From Marsupella aquatica (lineage: Eukaryota > Plantae > Marchantiophyta), in contig OZ316891.1 in assembly GCA_973895155.1 (NCBI GenBank), positions 6,047,708-6,111,707 on the forward strand: DNA of 64,000 bases, given 5' to 3'. Within the stretch, counting starts at the first letter, position 1, and each line of letters starts with the position of its first letter. A program made the position numbers and the translations under genes. The notes under the pieces are model-generated. The model was given only the letters and a program-made list of their open reading frames with translations. It was not told the origin of the DNA and ran no database searches. Positions 12,068 to 24,896 of the stretch are shown one piece after another.

Positions 12068-12437
12068 TGTTGGAACTTTCAACAACATGGACCGGCTAGG
12101 AATTGAACCTACCGTGTACATTGTAGTGCTTTACCACTGAGTTACAGGCCCTTTGTGGCTGTATCCATCTTCATTCGAGTGTGGTTCATTTCCAACACCC
12201 ACCCTTGAGCCGCACTCGCTACAAGGGAGACTCCTTTTCTTTGGTTCTGATACTATGTTGGAACTTTCAACAGCATGGACCGGCTAGGAATTGAACCTAG
12301 GACCTCCCGTGTACATCGTATGGACCGGCTAGGAATTGAACCTAGGACCTCCCGTGTACATCGTAGTGCTTTACCACTGAGCTACAGGCCCTTTGTGGCT
12401 GTATCCATCTTAGTTCGAGTGTGGTTCATTTCCAACA
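12068..12437 (-). mobile_element. TRIM (miniature non-autonomous LTR retrotransposon) with tRNA-derived LTRs, Helenus-like
   Basis: LTRs 12068-12197 and 12256-12437, both TGTTGGAA...TTCCAACA. 5-bp TSD AAAAC on both sides. The 58-bp internal region has a PBS (TAGTATCAGAACC, near the iMet-type TGGTATCAGAGC) and a PPT (AAGGGTGGG) on the minus strand. The LTRs carry A-box and B-box tRNA-like sequence. Confidence 0.9.
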
Positions 12438-12668
12438 AAAACACTGATTGTTTCAGTGTTCCCTCCCTGTGCGTTGAGGCACGGAAAAGTTCTAATGCAA
12501 AAGATTACTGAATGAGCCCAAAAGCCCCTTAATACACTCAGGACTAGTCACAAGCGGTAAGCGGACGTAAGTCCTCCAGGTCACCATCACAGGGGCTTAA
12601 ACATATTCTACTTACATGTGTGACAAATATAATCAGAGTTAATTGATCCTATAAGTAAACTACAAATT

Positions 12669-12912
12669 AACTACTTAAACAATATTGGAAATCAATTACT
12701 CAAGCTGAGAATCACGATTTGACATAAAAGCAATTGAGAGCACAGGAAAACCCTCAAATTTTTGACATCCTTCTCAACTAGAGTAAAAAACTAACTACTT
12801 CAACAATATTGGAGATCAGTTACTCAAGCTGAGAATCACGATTTGACATAAAAGCAATTGAGAGCACAGGAAAACCCTCAAATTTTGACATCATTCTCAA
12901 CAAGAGTAAAAC
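12669..12912. repeat. Direct duplication of about 125 bp
   Basis: AACTACTT.AACAATATTGGA...GAGAGCACAGGAAAACCCTCAAATTTT...AGAGTAAAA present twice in tandem. Confidence 0.85.
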
Positions 12913-13440
12913 ATTTGACGACGTTCTCAAAAAGATCCAAATTTCGAAATTTTACATAAACTTACAAATTTTTGTGGAAACCAGTGTTGAATTTGAAACT
13001 CCCTGTCCAACAAGAATCTCCTAGTTGGCCTTGTCTTCTTCGCCCTTATATCTGGCTGCAAAATTAGCTTCTTTGTATGAGTAGATCAGTGGGTACTATT
13101 TAGCAACGCGATTAGCCTTAGCGGTTCTTTGTCTTGTGTCTTACTATTGGAGTGGTTCACATTGACTGACGTAGTGCTTGTCCTCCTGTTTTGTCGGGGA
13201 CTCTTTCCCTCTCTGCCTGACCTTATCGTCTCTCTTACAAGACTCTGATTGAGTATTTCACAATTTTTGAATTTTTCTACAAATTTGACGCCCTTCTTAG
13301 GAAATAACAACAAAACTACAAAATTTGAAGTCTTTTCGTAGAAAATACCTATCGACAAGGTTACAGGGGGTAACTGTAGTATTCAAAAAATTTATTGTCT
13401 TCTTTTAGCTGAGAGTGTCTCCTTTTAGCTGAGAGCTCAG

Positions 13441-13880
13441 CCCTGTAGACGATGAGCCCATGCCAGGTATACTCGAGCAAGGGACTCGAAGTTTGCTGTT
13501 GAGCTAAGGCTTGTCTGGTGTCGGGATGGAAGGTGGCGGAGGAAGCACCTTGTGATATGTATGGAAGTGCTAATGGTCAAAGCAAGAACCCATGTAGACG
13601 ATGAGCCCAAGTGTACCCGAGCAAGGGACTCGAAGTTTGCTGTTGAACTAAGGCTTGTCTGGTGTCGGGATGGAAGGTGGCGGAGGAAGCACCTTGGAAT
13701 ACGTATAGAAGTGCTCATGGTCAAAGCAAGTCAGAACCCCTGTAGACGATGAAACCAGGTGTACCCGAGCAAGGGACTCGACGTTTGCTGTTGAGCTAAG
13801 GCTTGTCTGGTGTTGGGATGGAAGGTGACGTAGAAAGCACCGTGGGATACGTATGGAAGTGCTAATGGTCAAAGCAAGAA
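13441..13880. repeat. Tandem array of 3 copies of a unit of about 148 bp
   Basis: TGTAGACGATGA...GAGCAAGGGACTCGA.GTTTGCTGTTGA.CTAAGGCTTGTCTGGTG...GGTCAAAGCAAG occurs three times. Confidence 0.9.
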
Positions 13881-15002
13881 CTCAGGATCACATCCAGAGT
13901 TTGTAGCTCGATCAAGGGTTTGCACAGCACAACATCCGGCGTTGAACATTGTTCTTTGGGAAAGGTCATATTGAACCTCAATCCAAACTGCGTTTTCTCC
14001 CGTTCATTGATGTTAATAGTGGTGGATGAAACGTGCATAATTAAAAGCTTTAATCATTTCACTATCCGTGACAAAAACCAGATGCAGACTTAACTCTCTC
14101 ACAATATGCTGGAGTCGGGCCACTGGACGAGGCTATTTACGCACACAAACCTCCCGTATTTTGAAGTGGGGTTTGATCCATGAGTACTTTCGAGAATCTC
14201 ATCGGAGCACACAAGTCTACTATAGCAAGCAGCTTTAGCAAGTACAACTCCAAACTTCCAGAGTCTCCAGATTATTTCACCAGGCGACAAGCTGCTGCTA
14301 GTCTTTTGGGCGAGAATATTTGGTCGATCAAAGACATCTTCGATGTTGAAAACACATCAGCTCTAGAACCTCGTCAAAATTTATTTTTTCTGTTTCGACG
14401 CACATTTCTACACAAGGGGAGAACACTTCCTTCGTAGAAAATACTCTTCGTAGAGCATGATCTGTTTCGACGCTCAATAGTACACTGGGAGCTAGAGAAC
14501 ACGCGAAATCTGTGAACCGAGTTGCTTAATTCAACAACCCAGACTTCTATGACATCTGTATTTGCTCACTTCACGAGTGTACATTAGAGCCCTTTTGTCT
14601 GCTTAAATTCCTGACGAAAGATCATTTAAACATGAGAAAAATTTACTGGCAGAAACGGACAGTAGCCCACTAGAACGAGGCCGCGGCGCGGACCAATTCA
14701 ATAAACCACTAGCGCTGCTTCACAACTGCTTCAAAATTGACACCGAAACAACGAACCGGCCAGGATGAACCTGAACCTAGAACCAACCTTGCACGTAATC
14801 ACACATCAAAATGTGGTTGGATTCATTGATTGAAAGAAAAACAATTAGGGTTATCACGGTATGCAGAGGTGTCATACAGGCGTATATATCATATTTTGAT
14901 GTACAGTTATCGAGACCCTAGAATCAAGAGGTCCCAGGTTCAATTTTCCCTCCACAGAGCTGTGAGGTGTACAGCCCTTGGGTGTGGGTGGGGTGTAGTG
15001 GG

Positions 15003-15530
15003 GGAGTCCTGGTTTCTCTTCAGCCCCCGGCTATCTAGTCAATTGAGAGTGAGCGAGTTCTGGTTTCTCTTCAGCCCCCCGCTATCTAGTCAATTGAAAG
15101 GGTAGCGGAGAGAGTCCTGGTTTCTCTTCAGATGGTTATCTAGTCAGGGTTATCATGTCACCTTTGGGGCTCTAGTTGAACCCTCTCTCCCTCCTGGTAC
15201 TGGTATTGGGTATGACCTTGCTTGTGGGCACCTCTACAGAGGTGCATGCTCTCGAGTTGATTGGTCTATCCTCCCTTGTGAGTTACATGGTTATCTAGTT
15301 ACCTGTGGGGCTCTGGTTGAACCCTCTCTCCCTCCTGGTACTAGTATTGGGTATGACCATGCTTGTGGGCTACTCTACAGAGGTGCATGCTCTCGAGTTG
15401 ATAGTCTATCCTCCCTTGTGAGTTACCCTACAGAGGTGTATGCTCAGGAGTGGATCGTCTACCTTCCCTTGTGGGTTACCCTATAGAGGTGCATGCTCGT
15501 GAGTTGATAATCTATCCAGTCTATCCTCTC
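15003..15530. repeat. Nested short direct repeats, probably a TE/LTR relic
   Basis: GAGTCCTGGTTTCTCTTCAG x3; a unit of about 140 bp (CACCT.TGGGGCTCT.GTTGAACCCTCTCTCCC...) x2; CTACAGAGGTGCATGCTC-like motif x4. Confidence 0.7.
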
Positions 15531-16448
15531 TTGGATAAGCTTTTGGTATTCGAGGCAAAACTGACACTGAAACTATGCACATGAGACATTCAAAATAAAA
15601 TAAAATCTTAACGCTTTAGTAGTAAAAGTAGTGTCGTAGATCAAAACTAATCCGACGATCATAAAAGTCTGCACGAAGACGATTCGACTGAGCCAGACAA
15701 AGAAGGAGGGCACACTGAAACTATACAGATAAGAGACACTGAAAGATAAACCAAACTGTCTTGGCAACACTAAAAGTAAAAATATTATCGTATATCAAAA
15801 CTAACTAGCATACTAAAAGTAAAAGTAAAAGTCGTCTATCAAAACTAACCGATGATCATTCGACTGATGAGCCAGACGACGAGTGGAGGGCACTCCCGGT
15901 CGCACATGACCAGTACTTAACTTCTTTCAAATCATACTCCGCATGAGTAGGTAATTAAGGTGGAGGGATCTATGACCAACATTACTCTCGATAACTATTC
16001 CTTGTTTAAAATCACTCCGCTTGAGTAGGTAATGAAGGTGTAGAGATCGATGACCAACATTGCTCTCAATTTCCTAGGCAAACTAATATACCAATTTGTG
16101 CAAGCTTACAATACGTGGACCAATATATGGAAAAGGAACGAAAAGAGGAACAGTTTTGCAGATAGGATCGTCGTTCCGTGGATAGCTCGAGATGTTCTGA
16201 CAAAGATTTGCAAGAAGCCGAACTACAAATTTACGAATCATCAATCAATCAATCACCAGCACTAACGCCCGTGTCTCCCTGTGCGCAAAGCCTTGCTAAC
16301 CTAGACACCGCGAAATACACGAAAGCGGTGAAATGGGCATACATTGTAATCTTGTCAGTTCTTATCTTTCCTCGTAGGGAAGGAAATCAAGGGTGTCTGG
16401 AGTATCCACTCTCAAAAAGCATTTCCGAACTTGCAGGACTCTAAGAAA

Positions 16449-18499
16449 TCAGATTAGATCCCTATCAAACAAAACGGAGAACATCGATTTTCTCGGTCCG
16501 TCGAAATTCTGGGGTTGTGCATGAACTTCGATGTGTGTTCTACCGAAAAACATTGTTACCTCCACCGTTGGCTTCGCTTTCATCTTCTGTGCCTTGGGAG
16601 GAATGAGGTAAGTCCACGATCCCACTTTCTCTACTCCAGCGTCGATGACAAATGTGGGCTCCGGATCTAGCGTGGAGTACATGGTGAACTTAATTTCCGT
16701 TTGACACTTGTCAAACGGTACAAAGTTATAGCGCACACAGTGGTTGACCGGCACATCGTCGCCTATCCGAGTGAAAACACAAAATGAATCTTGACACAGA
16801 TTCTCTCCAGACGATTCGTCGACAATATTAGAGCCGGGTGGGTCCCCTTTCCGAAATGGGCGGAACACACTTATCCCGTAAGTCTTTCTAGACTTCCTGG
16901 ACATCATGATTTCAGCTCCTAGAGCCCCAAATGCGACAGCTCCTCGACATATTGCGGATCCAGGCTCAACGGGACTAGTGACATGTTCACCAAGTGCGAA
17001 AATTGGTCACGAATTCTCTTCATGAGGTAGTGTGAATTTGAGAAACCACCCACAACCATGATGGCTTCTATCGTTTGAACCTGCGCAAGCTGATCACTGA
17101 TTAGAGTCAATATTTTGTTCACCTGGCTATCAAAGATACTCCTCATGTCTTCTCCAGTGATCTCAAGTTTGTCAGCTTGAGAGCTATTAGTCCATGACCC
17201 GGTGGCTTTCTGACGGGCCTTCCAAGCAACCTTAAGCTGTTTAGGAAGATATAGGCTGTACACATCTTCGTTGCCCTCAAATTCAGATTTGAAGGTCTCC
17301 CATTGGCTTTCGATACGTAGCAAAGTTGTGGGAGATTCTGCACAAACGTTTTCAAAACAATCTATTTTTTCGCCAAGGTACTTCCTGAATGCCAAGTCAA
17401 CGAAAATGCCTCCACATAGATCTCCAGTACTTCTGGTGACTTCTTTCACTCTCAAACCAGAGTCGTCAACCTTCTCGTGGACTACTAAATCGACCGTTCC
17501 TCCTCCTGCATCAACAACAAGGAATTTGCTTCCTTTGCGAAAGTGTGTCGACTTCAGCTTCTGCTGACAGTAGAGACTGGCAGCTTCTCCCTCCAAGACC
17601 ATTTCCAGCTTGTCCAAACTGGCATCCGCGTCATGACAATGAGGACCATGCACAAGACCAGCCCTCTGAGCGCACTCGTACATGGTATGTTTTGCTGCTT
17701 CTGTCCAGATTGTAGGGACTGACAAGCACCACTTGACGTCCTTCTTTCGGACGCAGCCGCCACACCGGGTGTGCAACTCCGCCATGGCGACATTTGAGAT
17801 CTCCCTCAAATAATCTGTTAGCATTCGTTCTACAGAAAGCCCCTCCGGTAGCTTTTCAAGCTTCCACTGAGAAACATAGTTTGATCCGGCTCCTTCGGCG
17901 AGATACAACTTGAAGTTAGTGAAGAAGCGACCAGAAGCTGTGAGAGCGGGTGTGAGAGGGACAGATCGCCTAGCACTGAAGCTGGTCTCTTCCAATGCCT
18001 CCCAGTACTTCCTTTGAGCGAGCCAGCCCCAATTCTGAAGATCATAAGTACCAATCGACTTGCCAGGCAGGTACCAAAGACTTGTCTGTGTTTTACAATA
18101 CTGTCGGATAAGCTGACGGGGCCAATCATAATATGTCTCAATCTTCTCCGGGTCATCCATTAAAGCGTAAGCAAATCCTGAACAAGTGGTTCCAAAATCA
18201 ATGCCGACTACGACTTTGGCATCCTCCAGCATGCCTTGATTTTCGTTCAGTTCTGGCGTCTTCGCAGATGCCAAGCCGGCCTTTGCCTTCGTAGCACGCT
18301 TCTCCTTCACCAAGCCGGCCTTTGCCTTCGTAGCACGCTTCTCCTTCACCAAGCCGGCCTTTGCCTTCGTAGCACGCTTCTCCTTCACATCTTTTACATG
18401 CCCATTTGTCAAACCGGCTGTGTTCGACTTAGTACGTTTCCTTTTCACCTGCCGATTAGATTGGCGGGCTGATGGTTCTGGCTGCATGCGCTGCTTCAT
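16449..18499 (-). pseudogene. HSPA12/Hsp70-12-like paralog (H2) interrupted by a 1-bp frameshift near 16986
   Basis: ORFs 16919-18499 and 16449-16907 are co-linear with H1. Restoring one base (GTG AA- CAT GTC versus H1 GTG AAA AAC ATC) gives HVTSPVEPGSAICRGAVAFGALGAEIMMSRK, matching H1 NITSPIDPGSAVCNGAVIMGTVGVDIMMSRK. This could be a real lesion or an assembly error. Confidence 0.88.
18271..18387 (-). repeat. Perfect in-frame 39-bp triplication (VKEKRATKAKAGL x3) in the H2 N-terminus
   Basis: CCAAGCCGGCCTTTGCCTTCGTAGCACGCTTCTCCTTCA occurs three times with no differences. Confidence 0.95.
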
Positions 18500-19112
18500 A
18501 GTGAATGTATTTCGGAAACGCCCCTAATGTTAGTGCAAATTAGTCTGCAAACCCTCCAGACTGAGTGGCTCGAGATCCGGAACACGTCAATATGCTAGTT
18601 GTCGAACTTGCCTCAAACTTAACGGACGTCAAGTTATTCAGCATGCTTGATTGCGTCACCCGGTGGCCTAGCTTGATTTCCGAAGGTTAACTTGCTACTT
18701 GCCGAACTTGCCTCAAACTTAGTGGAAGGCCGCTGGGTGAAAAGTATGCCTGGGCGTTAGTGAGCTACTTTGCAGAATGCACCTCGATTCGGTTATAGTT
18801 CAGATCAATCTCAAGCCTTCTCCTTCAGGAAACGGCTTTCTCGTGGGAGAATACAAGCCAGGAAACCGATTGAACTCAGGAAACCGATTGAGCTCACAAT
18901 GGTGCAGTGGTTCGGCCCCCCGTAATGGTGAAGGAAACAGGTAAAATTCAAGTGAAGCTGAGAGACAACATGGAAGGACTTACTAGCAAATTGACTTGAC
19001 GAGAGTCTGGGCAGTGGCCGGATAACGCTTCGGTCCGATCCGCCGACGACTGCCTTACCGTACTGGCTTCAAGATATTTTGTTCAGTTTCAAATGTAACC
19101 GGAAACATAAAA

Positions 19113-19352
19113 TAGTATTTCTCTCAAACACATGGTGCATTTTGAACACAGCTCAAACTATTCGAACATAGTGCCTCACATGGTGCCAACTTCAAATCTC
19201 TCAAACACGGGGTGCAATTTTAAACACAATGCCAGGGTGTTGTGTTAACACGAAGTTGTGTTTGAAAAAAAACAACTTTTTTCTTTTTAGGACCCTAAAA
19301 ATCTCATATTCCAACACAGCACCCGGGTGTTGTGTTTGGGGAGACAGTAGTA
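19113..19352. mobile_element. Degenerate MITE-like element
   Basis: Imperfect terminal inverted repeats (TTTCTCTCAAACAC ... GTGTTTGGGGAGAC) and internal palindromic AACACA...TGTGTT motifs. Confidence 0.5.
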
Positions 19353-19938
19353 TGATGTTAACCAAAATATTAAATTACAAATAATTCTAGCACTGTACTA
19401 TAATGTACATACAATAGTTACACTACATGCATACATGGCTACAAATAATATACAGTCATGTTACACTATATATGTCTTGGGGACCTCACTCCAAAGAAGT
19501 GCCTCATATCACACACAAAGTTTTGAAGAATAAACACCCCATTTAATATATAAATTATAAGTAAAAGTTTTTGAGTATTTTTGCCCTAACTTTTTAGAAT
19601 ATTCTTAGAAATATGTCACATTAAATAATTAAAAATCTCTCTTATTCTCATAATTCTCAAAAGTGTATTAAAACACCCATAATGTTCTTCCAAAGAAATA
19701 TAAAAATATTTCCCCAAATTGCCCAATAAAAAAACCATATAGTTACTTATTTGCAGATGATGGGTCATAAGAAAATAAATAAGGACCTCTGGATATATAT
19801 GTATAGTGTAATATGTACATATATGCTACAAGATACATGCAATCTTTGCATAATTGCCTAACTTGACTACTCTACCATTTAGTTTTGGCGTCAACTCCTC
19901 TATGGTGCAATTGTTGGGATAGTCAATGGCATTCAAAA

Positions 19939-20202
19939 CTCGGGGGTTTCACTTCCACAAAAATGGCATATCACGTGCGATAAAGGATAGGGTCATTTTA
20001 TTGGTTCTAAGGGAAGACTTTAAAAAATTTGCAAAAGAATAATAAAATCTTTTAAATTCAATTTTGAGACTTATAAGAACATTAGTTTAAAATTTTATTT
20101 TTTAACCCCTATAAAGTTGGAAATTTTTCTTGCACTTTAGGGGGTCCGAGACCTAAAAACATCTAGGTAATGGGGAGGTCCCCATATAGTGAGACCCCCG
20201 AG
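19939..20202. mobile_element. MITE with 8-bp TSD (hAT-like), copy 1
   Basis: TIR CTCGGGGGT...ACCCCCGAG and a perfect 8-bp TSD ATTCAAAA. A second copy lies inverted at 28057-28336. Confidence 0.85.
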
Positions 20203-20219
20203 ATTCAAAAGGGCCCAAG

Positions 20220-21135
20220 TGTTAGGAAACTAGAGAATAGAGATTATTTTAGCAAAACTAGTTGAACTATTGGGCGCTTACTTTTAGGTCTAGAGTTACA
20301 ACTATAACCATAGTTATGGCTGACCTTAGTCCCAAACTAGGTTAGGTTAACTAGGTTGCACACTATATCCAAACAGTTGTTTGCTTAGATAGGGGAGATA
20401 AGGGAAACTTAGGCTCTTTATTATGGAGTCAATTGATAGATAGAGAGATCTTGTATTGCGAAGACTCGGTACGGCCGACGAACTTAGAGTGCAATAGAAT
20501 TCTTGTGTGTATGGATGTAGCCTCAATTGAGGTGAACCATGTATCTCTTTGCATCTACTACTTGTGCATTGGATGATTATGGGCTTGCCATTAGGACTGT
20601 TATTTTTGTTCAACAATTGGTGCTTGGAGGGTGACATGAAGATTTTTTCATGATGATTTTCCAGCATTCAATGTTGATGGTTTTCCTAGAGTTTAGTCAC
20701 ATGGACCGTACTTGGAGGTTATAGGCTAAGTAGATAGATAGGTGTGAGTGTTGTTGAGAATAGACAACAGTCACGACGGTAAGCCCATGAACCATCTAAT
20801 GCACAAGTATCGACACAAAGATATATGTGATTTACCTCCACATGAGACTACATCCACGGAAACATAGAAGAGTTTTATTACACTCTAGGCCGACCAGCCA
20901 TACCAAGCATCCATAGTACAAGCTCTCCCTATCTCTCAATTGGCTCTGTTACAATTACAATGAGTCTATCCTAAATTACTACTCTCCAAGCAAACATCAC
21001 TTGGGTATAGGGTATGCACAACATAACTAACCTAACATAGTCTGCGACTAAAGTTAGTCTAAGAGTTAATCATAACAAGTGATTTTTAATGGTGATATAA
21101 GTCACCAATTTATAAACTAAAGTGTTTCTTAGTTT
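20220..21135. mobile_element. Two diverged, related LTR relics in inverted orientation
   Basis: 20220-20614 begins TGTTAG and ends CAACA, followed by a PBS-like TGGTGCTT. The reverse complement of about 20752-21000 aligns with 20377-20614 (TGGATGTAG.CTCA, TACTTGTGCATT.GATG, ATGGGCTT.CC, GACTGTT...TCAACA). The right boundary is approximate. Confidence 0.65.
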
Positions 21136-22685
21136 ATTTGGCTTTGGTATTCTTAAATTAGCATTGGCCATATAAAAATAAAACTGTCCAAAAAATTTCC
21201 CTTTTTCCTCTCCTATAGAATGAGGTTTTGCTCCTCAATTTCAGGAAAAATAGTAAAAGTGTTGAACTATGTGCTATTCCTCTCCTATGGAAGAGATTTT
21301 GCTCCTCAATTTCAGAAAAAAATAGTAGAAGGGCTAAAATCTGTGAAACCATGTTTTCGTTATGGCTAGTGGCTCTTTGAGTCCTAAAAAGTTAAAATTG
21401 CCCCCCATATCTTGTAGAGGCACCCTTACAGATATATGCTTCCGCCTGAGAAATATTTCGGGGATATTTTATTGGACTCTCGCATACTGGACTCTCACGT
21501 GCCAAATATCACACTGCTGTGCGCAGTTCGCGAACTTCTAGGGCCCACAGCTCAAGGATGAGCTGAGTTGACACCTCCTGTACAATCCCGTTCATCGTGT
21601 GTGTGCATAAATGTGGCTCTAATGCTCTATCGATAATTCGCTATGTCCAGATGGAAGACTTGGAGGTAGAGAAGCACAAGTGCGGGACCCACGGAGTAGA
21701 CTGCAATCAAAACTTTTCAAGTGCGCGGACAGATAAATAATTTTACGTACTTAGCACCCTGGATCGGCTGCCTCAATTTTCATCTGGCAAATCCCTTGGT
21801 TCATATTTATCGGTGCTGTGTATCATTAGTATTCTCTAAACCATTTCCTCTAAGCCTTGAAATCACGGGAGATTTACATTTTCTCTACTCAGGTGAAAGT
21901 GCGTGACAACAAGAAAACGTACTGAATCCGAAGGGTAGTCATATCTCTGTGACCTCTTTCCATCTCGTGAGAAAGGTATATAACAGTCTAATTGTATTTC
22001 CTTCCCATTTCCGTTCAAGACAAAGCAAGTATATTACTAAAGCAAAGTTCGAATCAACCGTGCCATGGCGGTGTCATCTAAGTAGCATCACATCAGAGTT
22101 CCTGCTCGTCTTCTCAAGAACACAGGCTACGATTACGGCGGTATTATGTCCTACCTACTTCCTGTCTGTGAAATGGGCGGAACACCTACTGTACATCATA
22201 GACTACAATCAATTGATACAAAGTGCAGTACTTGCCAAATTCGGAAGAATCGAGATTTTGCCAGAAGTTTGAATCTGGGAAAAACTTGAAGTTCACCATG
22301 AATTTGTTTTTAGCCAAATGTACATCAGGTACTAATGAAATGCAACTTAGACATAAGTCGTCCTAAATTTTATCCTCATCTGGCTATTGATAAAAATCTA
22401 TGCTGCACTGACAGGGAAAAGTCCAAACCCCCTGGAACATTAAATTACACACGAAATATTGATCATACCACGAAATTGGACGGGCCATCTTCGACATAAC
22501 TATGATCTGACAAACATAAATATAATGACGGACTATGAGACACATCAGGAACTAAGCAGACTCCTAAGATGTACTGGCTGTTGCAAATGCAGCCCAACTT
22601 TCCGAGAGCCAGGAAGGCACAAGGAGCAATCGTGGGTTCAAATGGATGCTAGCTCTCAGTCAACAAGGTCTGAAGAGCAACATAT

Positions 22686-22930
22686 TGTTAGAACAGTATT
22701 ATACTCATAAGCCGTATAGCGTCTTAGCCACTGTCTGTTACGGCTCCAGGTCTCGTTGTGCCGTTGCCACTTTGTCTCTTATGCTCAATTCACGGTAGAC
22801 AGATTTTTGTTGATCTTAGGTTAGTCTAGCTGCTGGTCCGTTGATCTTCCGTCTTCCCAAGCTTCTCCGGGCTATGCTTAATCTGCCCTCCAGTGCTTCT
22901 TCCTCAGTACAACAGTGATAGATTCTAACA
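22686..22930. mobile_element. Solo LTR
   Basis: TGTTAGAA...TTCTAACA termini with a perfect 5-bp TSD CATAT. Confidence 0.85.
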
Positions 22931-24896
22931 CATATATCTCTAGCTCACAATTATAAAATCAAGATAGTCTCGAAAGTATTAACTTGGACGAAATGACTTA
23001 GCTTCTTGGAACCACCAATTCTCGGCCGGAGGCATCCATGAGTTACATCAAAATTGAACAAAGTGAGACGATACAGGACAGGAAAGATTTGGAGGCAAAC
23101 TCGGCTAGGGCTTAAGAAAATGGAAGCATAGATCGAACAGTAATCACCCAAAACAGATCTTTCTTAGCTGGAGTTGGAGGTATTCTATAATGCGAGCAAG
23201 AATTTTGTTAGGAAGGGAGAGTTGAATTTTGTGAGGGGGGGAATGTGGGTAACCAGACACTTGGGTTTTTTAATTTCTTTTGTTTTTCGCTGCATTCTGT
23301 ATTTTTTGTGTGTATTTTATGATTTCATATGGCTAGCGAGATAGCTAGCAAAAAGAGGAGTCCCCAAAATGAATATTATCAGTCAGGTTACTGTAAGCCA
23401 CTGTAAGCCAGACAATCACATATAGAAAAATTAGGGGTCATGTGAATAATTTTTTGCTCATGCGCACCGCTACAATGACCCCTGGAGTTGAAAGGTCATA
23501 CTCTGGTGACTTAGCTTGTGGGGATAGAAATGTAGCGCAAGGTGGGCACATTTGATTAATTCAAGTTCACCAGTTGAGTAAAGTAGAAGTGTCACCTGGA
23601 TAAATTAAAAGCAATCAAGCAAGTATTGCCTTAGAATTAAGTCCAGACGTGCTGCCACAGAAGGTGTCCTTTGAGAAGGCAATCAAAATGAATATATTTC
23701 TCTGGAAGAGGCCTGAGAACGAAGCTAATTATTCCCCTTCAGGCTAATAGTTGGGCTCAAACCAAGGCTACTAGTGGGTGATGGGTACTAGTGGGTGATA
23801 GACGACCTCAGCAAAGACATACAGTACTGCGAAGGAGTGAGGGACTAAGGAGTGACGGACTGACGCGTTAGTTCGCGTACTCAAGGACAGCAAATTAAAC
23901 CGAATACTGGAACGTCTGGTACAGGACCGTAATTCGCCTGGGCTTCTACTGTATTAATTAACTTGTACGACTGGCGGCGTCTCACATCTCTGCGTACAAC
24001 ATTTCACATGTCGTGGATTGCTAATCACGATACAGCTGCGTCTCACATCTATGCGTACAAACATTTCACATCATTGCTAAGTTTTCGTGGAATTGCTAAG
24101 TACTATACAAATAATAGAGGTACTGGTAACTGCAATCAAAATATGACATGTATTGTGATAACTACATATCAAAATATGACATGATATTACACTATATCAT
24201 AATATATTTTTTTCTTTAAATTAATTCGTAAACATGGTACAATTTTGACTTGTGATAAAATATGACATATATTGTGTATGATATTACACTATATCATAAT
24301 ATCTTTTTCCTTTAAATCAACGAGTAAACACTGTACAATTAATAAGTAAACACGGTACAATTTTGATGTGTGATTAGCACAGGGATGATGGAGGTGATCG
24401 ACAATCGTAGGTGATAACTACATTTTCATGCATTCTTTTTGCTATCGTAGTCTTGGAAATCATACGCTGGTTTAGATTCCGCTACGAAGGAGAACGAAGT
24501 CGAACCAGGATTGCTAGAGGGACCATGCAAAGCTCTTGCTCTGCATTTTACAATCGAGGTCTTTCAGTGCTGTATCTCTTTAGATCGTACATCTCTGTGC
24601 ACGGAGATTTCTCAAGAAAACTTGACCCAAGCGACACCGTGTAAGGAGACGAACGTCTTTGAAAGACCACGACGTGACCTGCGAGTAAGCTGCTGATTCT
24701 AGATGTATGTCGATGAAAGTCACCTCTAGTGTCAATACATCATGTCAATGAACTTTGCTCTTGCCTTTCGTTTTTTGCTCCTATTTTGGTAGATAGAAGT
24801 CTTTCAGATCGATGGCTACGGATGAAAATTGCTGACTACTCGACTAACCTCTGAATTCTCATGATGTGGATCAGCTAGCTGCCATATCGATCGTTC

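Noticed and set aside
12321-12391. Apparent tRNA gene on the minus strand
   Set aside because: The anticodon arm does not pair and the sequence sits inside the LTR of a TRIM, so it is not a functional tRNA.
13437-13872. Repetitive ORFs on both strands
   Set aside because: They derive from the tandem array, the frame is not preserved between all units, and no domain is recognisable.
16975-16995. Programmed ribosomal frameshift or intron explaining the H2 break
   Set aside because: No slippery heptamer, and co-linearity with H1 leaves no room for an intron; a 1-bp deletion explains it.
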